Assembly (NCBI RefSeq): GCF_018977255.1
Contig: NW_024704742.1
Coordinates: 137,702,001 to 137,766,000, forward strand
DNA: 64,000 nt
Direction of reading: 5' to 3'
Source of the DNA: Callorhinchus milii
Taxonomy: Eukaryota
In this document: positions 34,960 through 46,172 of the stretch, piece by piece
Layout: each line of letters starts with the position of its first letter
How positions within the stretch are numbered: position 1 is the first letter of the stretch
Program-made: the position numbers and the translations under genes
Notes under the pieces: model-generated
The model's input: only the letters and a program-made list of their open reading frames with translations
Told to the model about the DNA's origin: nothing
Database searches by the model: none

Positions 34960-35545
34960 AACATCAAGTCTTGGATGAGAGCTAACTACAGTTGAACGTC
35001 AACGAGACTGAGGCCCACCTGATTGGCTCCCGTCAGCGACTCCACACCTCAGGCACTGACAGCATCTTCATCCAAGAATATACACTCCACCTCACTGAGA
35101 CAGTCTGGAACCTTGGCATTTTGTTTGACCCTCATCTGTACTCTCTGCCCCACATCCGAGACATGACACACTCTGCTCTCCGCATCTCCTCAACATCCCC
35201 ACTCCGCCACTGTCTCATCCCTTCAGGTCGCCGAAATCTTCATCATCCATTTATTTCATCTAGGCTTTACTATGCCAACTCCCTGCTTGATGGCCTCCCC
35301 AACTTTTCACTCCACAAACTGCTGATCATCCAGAATTCCGTAGTTCGTGTCCCTTCCTGTACCTGGCGCTGTGATCCTATCACCCCAATGCTCACCCGGC
35401 TTCACTGGCTCTACATGCCCCAGAAGATAGAGTTCAAAATCCTCGTCCTTGCCTTCAGGGCCCTCCACGGCCTCACTCCTTCCTACGTCTGTGACTACTA
35501 ACCCCATATCAACTTGCCCAATCCCTCAGCACAGCAGGCTTCGGC
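34960..35545 (+). mobile_element. L2 fragment abutting the distal leader duplication
   Basis: ORF 34992-35501 matches the L2 RT C-terminus. Confidence 0.8.
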
Positions 35546-35587
35546 AGTAATTAAAGCCAGTCAGGTTTCTGATTGGAAAGTACGTAC

Positions 35588-35639
35588 GGGAGGCAGAGGC
35601 TGACAGGACCAGGGTACAGAGCACAGCTCCCAGCATCAT
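35588..35639 (-). CDS. Extra intact leader exon upstream of gene B (distal alternative first exon or orphan)
   Basis: Intact ATG, signal peptide and donor, with no V exon of its own between it and gene B. Confidence 0.55.
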
Positions 35640-38600
35640 CGTCCCTCACTCAGGACACACTCCTTCCCCGCACACGTCTGCCTCGCACTGGCACAGCTGG
35701 TCACCCTTCTCTTTCCTTCCTCCTCTCGTTCTGTGGTCACCACCAGAGCTCCACCCCACACATCCGCTTTGTTCTGATGCTCCGTCATGTTTCTCCCCAA
35801 CACTAACCCGCCCTCACCCCCTGTCACAGTAACTGGGTGACTTTTAATCCTCTATTACATTTCACACCCTTTTTATATTCGCAGCGTTTACATGGGAACA
35901 CAAGAATTTGCTGATGAAGACAAAGGTCCATCTTGTTTGCCTTCCACCATCCTGGCAGTCGCTTGACGTGTCATGTCCCAGTGTAGCCCAAGATATTATT
36001 TTTCTAGCAGAAGTCTAATTTGTTCTTGAAACAGACAAACCTCTTTGTTTCCAACTGTGTTAACTGTTTTTGTGAACCATTAATCTGGTTGATCGTCGCG
36101 CAGGAAGCCGGGAGGAACTCGCTTCTCTTTTCCATCAGTGTCGAAGGATCTTTAATGTCAGTTAAACAGGTTCTTGGTTTAACGTCTCGTCTGAAGGACG
36201 GCAACTCTGAGGATGTACAGCTCCCCCTGGGCTGGAGCATCAGCCTGGACTCTGAGCACAATCCCGACATGGGCACGAACCCAGGCTTTAGACCCAGAGG
36301 TGAGAGTGTGACTGACTGAGCCAAACTGACTTCCTGCGTTATGTTAAGGTCAGAGAAGTGGAGCCGCTGTCCATGTGATTTGTTGGTTTACAGCACAGAA
36401 GCCTTCCCCCCCTCTGCTGTCTGTGCTGGTGATCGCTCTTTACTGGGGCTCTATACGGCAGCTCTCTGTGTGTCTATGATTGTGTCTCTGTGTGTGTGAA
36501 TGAATGTGTTCATCTTTCTCTATGTGTCTGTGTGTGTGTCTCTCTCTGTGTCTGTGTTTGCGTCACTCTCTGTGTGAGTGACTGTGTGTGTCTTTCGCTC
36601 TCTTTGTGTCTGTGAGTGAATATGTCTCTCGCTATGACGTGAGTGTATGTTAGTCTCTCTCTGTGTTGGTCTCTCACTGTGTGTGTGTGAGTGTCTCTCT
36701 GTATGTCTGTACATGGTGGAGGCCTTGAGAGCTCTGCAGCTCATGTCCTCTCCTGCACCTGGCGCTGTGACCCTGTCACCCCCACCCTCGCCCGGCGTCA
36801 CTGGCTCCACTTCCCGCAGAGGATAGAGTTCAAAATCCTCATCTTTGCCTTCAGGGCCCCCACGGCCTCGCTCTTTCCTACCTCTGTGACCTGCTAACCC
36901 CATATCAATTTGCGCACTCCCTCCACACAGCAGGCTTCGGCCCACACCAGGTCTGCCCTCCTGCCCACCATCAGGAGTGGGCATTCAGCCTCTCCGTCCC
37001 CACCCTTTGGAACTCTACCCAACAGTCCCTCCACTGCGCTCCCACCCTCGCCTCTTTCCAGGTACGTCTCAAGATCCGCTGCTTCGACATTGCCTTCGGG
37101 AACTCTCCTACAGCAACAGCACAACAACAAAATTACATTTGTAAAGCACCTTTCACGTCGTGAGGACGTCCCAAATTGCTGGACAGACAGAGTTACGGAC
37201 CCGAACTGGGGGTTGGGGTCGGGGAGTGTGGAGGGCAGTGGGGGAAGCAGGGAGATCAAAAGAAATGTCGAAGGGGGGGGTCTTGAGTTGGGTCTTGAAG
37301 TTGGCAAGGGAGGGGGCGATGCGGAGGGACTGCGGGATGGAGTTCCAGTGGATGGGGTCAGAGTGGAAGATGTCCCGCCTGCCAATAGTAGCGCAAGTGA
37401 GGCGGGGAACATGATGCAGGGCAGAGCCCACTGAACAGAGGGAGTGAGCAGGATGGTAGGTGGTTAGAAAGTCACAGAGGTGGGGGGAGCAAGACCATGG
37501 AGGGTTTTGAATGTGAGGACCGGGGTCTTGAACTGTATCCTCTGGGTGATGGGAAGCCAGTGGTGTTAGGCGAGGATAAGATCATGGAGATTAGTGCGGG
37601 AGAGGATACAGGCTGCAGAGTTCTGGATGATCTGCGGCTTATGGAGGGAGGAGTTGGGGAGGCCGAGAAGCAATGGGTTTGCAAAGCCAAGCCACGATGT
37701 AATGAAAGCGGCCTGCGGGGTGAGACAGTGGCGGAGCCGGGCGATGTTGCAGAGGTGGGAAGCCAGAGCGGGTCGTGATGCATATGTGGGGTAGAAAGGA
37801 AAGTTTGGCTCAAACAAGACCCCAAGGTTCCGTGCTGCTCAGTGAGGTGGAGTGTGCAACCATGGATGGTGGTGCTGTCAGCGCCTGAGGTGAGGAGGTG
37901 CTGACGGGAGCCAATCGGGAGAGCCTCGGTCTTGTTGACGTTCAACTGAAGGAAGTTCGCTCTCATCCAGGACTTGATGTCTGACAGACATTCTGTCAGG
38001 ACAGCAGTGGTCCTGGAGTTCAGGGTGGAGGCAGAGAGGTTCAGTTGGGTGTCATCTGCATACGTGTGGAAGTTGACCCCATGTCTGCGGATGATGTCAC
38101 CGAGAGGGGGCATATAGATATTGAAGAGGAGGGAACCAAGGACAGAGCCCTGAGAAACACTGCACGAGACGGTGGGGATCCCAGAGGAGAAGCCGTTTGT
38201 GGAGATGAAGTGGAGGCGGTGTGAGAGGTACGATCTGAACCAGTCAAGGACAGAGCCATGAACGTTGAGGTGAGAGGAGAGGCAGTGGATGAGGATAGAA
38301 TGGTCGATGGTGTCGAAGGCAGCAGAGAGGTCAAGGAGGACGAGTAGACAGAGGGAGCCCTGGTCCCAGATAGACAGAGCGTCATTTGTCAGTTTGTCAC
38401 TCCGACCCTCCTTGCCCTCCGCCATCCCTGATCCCAACAACTCTCCTGCACGGATCTAAATGCCTGACTGTCCAACCTCTTGGGATATCCTCCCAATGTG
38501 AACGGCGCTATACAAATCTAAAGTTGTATTGTCATTTTCTTTGTAATAAATCTTGCAATTGATACAATGCGTTGTCACATCTTTGAGACGTCTCATAGCG

Positions 38601-39958
38601 CTTCACAGAGTATACTGTAAAATGCATTGACTGTGTATTTTTAAGGAGAAATGTAGCTGCTAATTGCATACAGCAGTGTCCCACAAACAAAGTGACCAAA
38701 TTACTTTAAAAACAATTTCTTTGAAGAGTATTACACTGAAAGCGATCGACTAACCTGTTTATTTCCCACTGTCTGATAGGTAAACAAAGGCACGTGGAGG
38801 AAACGTACAGCGCTATACAATCTAATGTTGTATTGTCATTTTGTATTGTAATAATCCTTCCCTGGATATAGCGCATTATCACGTCTTTGAGACGTCTGAA
38901 ATCGCTTCACAGAATATACTGTCAGGTGCATTGCCTCTATATGTTGTCGGCAAAATGCGGCAGCGAATTAAACACATCAGTGCCAGTCGTGGATTGAGTG
39001 AACAACTTTTTTTAAGGGATTATTACCTTCCGGAAAAGCGATCAACTTAAACAGAGGCGTGTGAAGTCAGGAAACTACCGATCATTTCACCCTGTCCGGG
39101 AATTGAACCCAGATCCTCTCACTTGCGAGGCCAGAGCTCAAAGCTACAGGACCACTAAGCTACAGGACTCGATTATTGTCTCACAGATTCACCCGCCTGC
39201 AGACACACTAACCCACACGACTGAGTGATACCTTCACAAGTATTTTATTCAGTCATTTGGAAAACAGAATATTTACTAAGGAGCACAGGTTTAGTAGCAA
39301 AAGGAGTTCATGAGAGAGTCCCATTCAATGTCTTGGAATCAACGATGTTCTTCAAGGTTGGAGGTTTCTCCGAGCAGTGGAGGTTCCAACCGCCTGCTAA
39401 TCATCCAGTCCAAACCCATTGGAAAGGATGAGATTCCAGGAAGCCGCGAGGAGTTGATGAGATGTGTGAAGTTGAAGGCACGGGATGAACACAACCCCTG
39501 AATACACTGAGCGTTTCACAGTGGTGAGAAGAACGGTGAGATCAGGATTCTCACTGCAGCGATTGGAACAGAGGTAAGAAGTCATCTTTTCAAACACAGC
39601 TATTTAGAACATGGAAGGCTTTGACATGAGTGGCTGCTGGAGGTCATAACCTTCAACCTAACAGCAACAACGTGCATTTATGCAGCGCCCTTCACATGGG
39701 GCAGCGTCAGAAGCAGAATGCTTCACAGTGGCGTAGCCTGATGCCAAGCCGGGGGGACAGAGGAGGTGACTGTGAACGTCGTCGAAGCAGCTCAATGCTA
39801 TAATGGGAGGACTGCAGGCTGGCGTTTACTGCAAGGATGAGAACTTATAGGCCAAAAGGTCTCGATCATCAGAAGCTCTGCCTGACTTCAAGCTCTTGTG
39901 ATCTTGTACGAGACACTTTCATGGCCACTGGAGACAGGCACAGGTGAGAGAGCGGGAA

Positions 39959-42900
39959 CTATACAGAGCTCCTTCTTTTCTTGGCCTCAGGATGGAGACG
40001 CCTTGAATCTATGAGTGAAGAAAAAGAATGAGATCATGTTTCAGCCAAACAAACACTGTTATTGGGAGTCACGGGTTCCCATGTTCTCAAAGGCTCAACA
40101 GAATCGCAAAATTCCACCTCATCTCAGCCCTTGAGATGTTTTGCCCTCAAATATCGGATGGTCCAGACTAGGGGTAAATCCAACAACAACTTGTATTCAC
40201 ACAGGACACAGGACAGCGTCTCAGAGCTCTTTATCGTGGCAAGGTTGGATGCCAAGCAAAAGGGGCAGCCAGAGGAGTGGGCTATGAGGAGACGAGACCT
40301 TCCCCATATTTATGTAGGTCTCAAGGTGGGATTTCTCCGAGGGTCCTGGCCAGCAATCCTCCAGATGAATTGGTCGCCCACATCACTGCTGGGTGTGGGG
40401 GACTTTGCTGCGCACTGACTGGCTGCAGCGTTTGCTGACAGAAACACAGTCACTACATCTGACAAAGCACATTAGTTATAATAATACTTCCATTGGATGC
40501 AGCGCATCATCACATGGTTAAACATCTGAATACTCTTCACAGGATGTTTGTTACTGTGAAGTGTAGTGACTGTGCTTGTTTTGGAATAATAATAATTCTT
40601 GCATTTGATACAACGCCTTATCATGATTTCAAGATATCTCAAAGTGTTTCAGGAGATTTTACTGTAAAATAGTGACTGTGTATTGTGTTGTGTTATGTAT
40701 TATAACCACTGGAGTGGTGTTCAGTGGTTTTGTATTTAAGATACAAACAGCAAAGGATTGACAAACCTTGTGTTTTACAGAGGAGAACGATCCCGATCAC
40801 CAACAGAAAGAGACATTTAGCTGCTGGCATCAGCCACAGCATCACAGTGATGAAGCTGCCATCACTCTGTGGTCCAGGTGCGAGGATGTCTCGGGCGTCT
40901 CTGCCCTGTGTGTTCTCAGCTACACAGCGGTAAGTTCCCCTCAGCCTCGGGCCCCGGATCTCCCCCACGGTTAGATGCTTGTCCGGTACATGTGTGACTG
41001 GCGTGTGGTTGGTGTTAATGGGCAGCGTGTTATGCTCGGGGTCGATCCATGTGATGTTGGCCGGTGGTTCCCCCTCAGCCGAGCACACAATGTCACCTCC
41101 GGCCACGAGGGACAGACTCAGGATGACGGCCGGAGCTTCAGGTATAAAGAAACACAGAGATATTCAAACCAAACAACTGTCCCCATCGTGTCTGTGCTGG
41201 TGCTCACTCCCCCATTGGAGCTCTCTACTCTAACCCCATTCACTGCTCTCTCCCCATCGTGTCTGTGCTGGTGCTCACTCCCCACTGGAGCTCTCTACTC
41301 TAACCACATTCCCTGCTCTCTCCCCATCGTGTCTGTGCTGGTGCTCACTCCCCCACTGGAGCTCTCTACTCTAACCCCATTACCTGCTCTCTCCTCATCT
41401 TGTCTGTGCTGGTGCTCACTCCCCCACTGGAGCTCTCTACTCTAATCCCTTCTCTTTTCTTGTACATGTTGTTCATAGTGTTCCGCTACAACCACTTTAC
41501 AAAATATTTTTTTAATATTCGAGTCTATTCGAGTCTCAGGGCCTCAGGACGTCTTTTTGTTGGGAAAGACGCGATGCAAATGTATTTTGTATCAATTGTA
41601 TCAATGTAATTGATAAAATCTCAAGAGAGTTTTGTGTGAAGAAAATGCTTCAGCCCATTTGACCTCAAAGTTCCCAATTCCCCCCCAACCCCACTGTCGA
41701 TGTTACAGCATCGACCTCTTTCTGTAATAAGCCCCAGTGTCCGGCCTCAACCACCCTTCCTGGTAACTTCCTGTCATTAATTACCTTCTGGACAAAGAAA
41801 TACTTCCGGGTATCTGTTCTTATTTTGCCCATCACAACCCTGACCCTGTGCCCTCGTTACGTATCTGAGAGCAATGACGTATTTCTTATCAAATCCGTGA
41901 AGAAAATCAGTAACTTCTACACCGTGTGCTGTTGGGAAACTAAATATTGCTGTTCTGATGGCAGTGCAGTGTCTGGGATGGTAACCAGTCTGTCTTGTTC
42001 CGACACTGATGGACCTGGTCATGTGTTTAAGATTTGCTTTACTCGGAGGGTAATCAGGGATTGGAACAGGTGGCCAGGAAGGGTGGCTGAGGCCAGGACA
42101 CTGGGACTCATTTAAAAAGCAGTTGATACTGTGATTGGGGGAGGGGGGGGTGGTGTTCTGTAAGGATAAGACCAGATGGACCTTCTTCATTCAGACCAAT
42201 CCTGGACTTATGAAAAACACATTATTTATCGTTGGGAAGCTTCCCGCTGCTTGTCCAGCGAGGATCACCCTGGGCTTTAGCTTGTAGGGTTAACAGGAGA
42301 CAGGTGGGAAGAAACCCTGTCCCCAGTAACAAACTAAAGTCTCCTCCTTTTGAAACCATGTTCCTTGTGCTAATTAACACATGAGGAACAGGGTAAGGAA
42401 TGAGACAAACCTCGTCTGTAACATTGCGTCACTGATGACCTGTTCATTCACCCCTTTCCATGTCCCACAGAGACAAGAGATCTCTTACCAACAACCTGCA
42501 GCCGTGACATGTTCTGTGTCACCTGGTCCTGTTGGTACGTTTCCTTTATAAACATGACGTGTACGTGACAGAAATACCGTCCGGTGTCGTTTAACTCCAG
42601 GCCCCTGATCTTCAGGGAAGCGTCTCCATCTCCCACATTCCTGACCAGCTTGTAGCGATTTCCTTCATTCACTGTCTCTGACTCCCTGGAGTTGGTGTGG
42701 GCGGTGAGGCCAAGAGTGTAATTAAACACCAGCTGCCCATGTGGCCTCCCTCTCCTCCAAAGCACTGTGGCTGTGGCACGAATCTGGTATGTGTTGGGGA
42801 TGGTGAAGGAGCAGGGCAGTGTGGCATCACCTCCCTTGGTACCAGTCACTGACCGGAGCTTCTCTTCATGACCTGAGACAGGAACAGGATTGGAATAGTG

Positions 42901-45900
42901 CAGAGCAGTCAGTGTGACAGAGTACATGTTACACACTGTGAAATCCTGGATATGTTACCTGGTCTTCATGGCACCATCTCCCTCAGGCCTGTGCTCCTCA
43001 CTCACCCTCTATGAGCCTGTGGGCAGCACAAGGTCTCACACACAAAACCTGGGATTTTTTTAGGTCCAATAAAATAATTACTGGCAAGTGTAGTGACTGT
43101 TTTGCAGCGAATTTACTCAGATGAGGACCCCCAATGGTATGAAGCTCCAGGATTCTGCCCTGCATGAGGAGTGCTGTATAAATGCACGTTATTGTTGTTG
43201 TTGAACAACCTAATTCAGATGGAGGTTTGGTGGTGTAAAGAAAATCCCTCCTCATGTTTTGGGGCAGTCGGTTTCCTGATACATACAGATATCTGTCACC
43301 ATTGTTAAGAGTATCTAAACCAGAGAGAGACTTCCACATATATATCCACTCTGAGTATGTAATTCAGAGAGTATTATGTTTGGGGCAATTTGGAGTTCAA
43401 CCAGCAAAAGCAGCATAATAATAATCATAATAATACCTGGATTTGATATCTCGCTATTGAGACATCTCAAAGCGCTTCACCAAATATACTGTCCAGTGAA
43501 TTGACTGTATAACTTGTGGGAGAAATACACCAGTCAATTGTGCCAGCAGCGATCCAACAACCGTCATGGATTGAGAGAGCAAATTTTTAAAAAATTATTT
43601 TTGGAGAGATTTTGCCCCCAGAGGTGATCCACCAATCGACTAAACTACCGGCTTCCTACTTACTGCGAGGTAAACAGAGGCGTATATAGCAAGGAAACTT
43701 GCTCAAGGTTTCTTCCTGCCCAGGAATCAAACCCAAGTCCTCTCGCTTGTGAGGCGAGTGCTCTAACCACTACACTACAGGACTCCACAGCACAGTTGGC
43801 CAGTGACGGCACTGTGTGGCAAGCTTCCTGCTGCTTGTGTAGATCTGTGGTGTTATTGAGCTGAGTGGGAATGGTCGCGCCCAGTGACTGGTCTGCCAAT
43901 GAGGCTGATGCCAAATCAGCAGTGCCCTGGAGTACTGCGACCGCCTGGCTCAGGAACCAGACTAGAGACCCCCACAGAGGGTTGACTCCTGCCCGACGTC
44001 CTGTGGCCTGGTATGTCACTGTGGAGCCAGTCCCTGCTTTACACCGGCTTTTTTGTGGTGGGAGAATCTTACAGGGCAGTTTCTGACCTGCCAGCCACCT
44101 TGATGTTCTCGAGATCCATTGCCACGTCCCAGGCTTACTGATCACCAGCTGCTGGTCCTCATGTGAGGGGCCTCGGCAAATAGACAACCCCACAGTGAGG
44201 CCGCCTCAGCCTCCAGGTGCTCAGGGGACTTCCCATCGTTCCTCACCTGTAACAATCAGACGTGTTCTGGGCCCAGTTTCAAACTTTCCGTCCTCACCCT
44301 GGAGCTCCACACAACAGGACAACAGCTTATTATTGTCCTCTCTCCTCAGTTGGTTTATCTCTATTGTGGCGTCGTTCCTTCTCGGGTTCCCAATCACTCG
44401 ATATCGCTCTCCCTCGTTTACATCAATAACATTTTGATACTTTCCCTGTGAATCCGGCCCATAATTTGTATAATTAAAATGCGCAGGACCAGTCCAGTCT
44501 CCCTTCCACATGATGGTGATGTTCCCTGTGTATCTGGGGTGAGGGGGAGTGAACTTGCAGTACACGGTGACCGGTGACCCTAACCTGCCGGTCACTGTAT
44601 CGGGGGTCTCCATCGTCCAGCCATTCTCACTGAGCCCTGTGAGGACACACATGGTGTAATGTGAACCAGAACACAACATAAAAGCAAACAGGTAACACTG
44701 AGCTTGTACAAGAGCTTGGTTAGGTCACAGCGGGGAGTAATGTGGATAGTATTGGGATCCCCACTGTAAGAAGGATATAAAAGTGATGGAAAAGTTGCAG
44801 CTTAGATTCACTGCGATGTCGGGGAGCGGCAGCAGGACAGCGCGGGGAGGAGCCTGGGCCTACTGACCCAGGTACTTAAACTCGACGCCGGAGCGAGTGC
44901 AGCCAGTCGGGGAGCGGCAGCAGGACAGCGCGGGGAGGAGCCTGGGCCTACTGACCCAGGTACTTAAACTCGACGCCGGAGCGAGTGCAGCCAGTCGGGG
45001 AGCGGCAGCAGGACAGCGCGGGGAGGAGCCTGGGCCTACTGACCCAGGTACTTAAACTCGACGCCGGAGCGAGTGCAGCCAGTCGGGGAGCGGCAGCAGG
45101 ACAGCGCGGGGAGGAGCCTGGGCCTACTGACCCAGGTACTTAAACTCGACGCCGGAGCGAGTGCAGCCAGTCGGGGAGCGGCAGCAGGACAGCGCGGGGA
45201 GGAGCCTGGGCCTACTGACCCAGGTACTTAAACTCGACGCCGGAGCGAGTGCAGCCAGTCGGGGAGCGGCAGCAGGACAGCGCGGGGAGGAGCCTGGGCC
45301 TACTGACCCAGGTACTTAAACTCGACGCCGGAGCGAGTGCAGCCAGTCGGGGAGCGGCAGCAGGACAGCGCGGGGAGGAGCCTGGGCCTACTGACCCAGG
45401 TACTTAAACTCGACGCCGGAGCGAGTGCAGCCAGTCGGGGAGCGGCAGCAGGACAGCGCGGGGAGGAGCCTGGGCCTACTGACCCAGGTACTTAAACTCG
45501 ACGCCGGAGCGAGTGCAGCCAGTCGGGGAGCGGCAGCAGGACAGCGCGGGGAGGAGCCTGGGCCTACTGACCCAGGTACTTAAACTCGACGCCGGAGCGA
45601 GTGCAGCCAGTCGGGGAGCGGCAGCAGGACAGCGCGGGGAGGAGCCTGGGCCTACTGACCCAGGTACTTAAACTCGACGCCGGAGCGAGTGCAGCCAGTC
45701 GGGGAGCGGCAGCAGGACAGCGCGGGGAGGAGCCTGGGCCTACTGACCCAGGTACTTAAACTCGACGCCGGAGCGAGTGCAGCCAGTCGGGGAGCGGCAG
45801 CAGGACAGCGCGGGGAGGAGCCTGGGCCTACTGACCCAGGTACTTAAACTCGACGCCGGAGCGAGTGCAGCCAGTCGGGGAGCGGCAGCAGGACAGCGCG

Positions 45901-46133
45901 GGGAGGAGCCTGGGCCTACTGACCCAGGTACTTAAACTCGACGCCGGAGCGAGTGCAGCCAGTCGGGGAGCGGCAGCAGGACAGCGCGGGGAGGAGCCTG
46001 GGCCTACTGACCCAGGTACTTAAACTCGACGCCGGAGCGAGTGCAGCTAGGCAGTGGAGGGAGGTGTGGGGGCGGAGCGGGGGAACTGCGACGTCATAGA
46101 TTAGTTTTCAGGTGAGTGCGCGCGCACAAAAAA

Positions 46134-46172
<39 letters not shown>

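Noticed and set aside
44821-46047. Regular repeat array resembling CRISPR
   Set aside because: The units are identical end to end with no unique spacers, the context is eukaryotic, and the array lies inside a LINE TSD.
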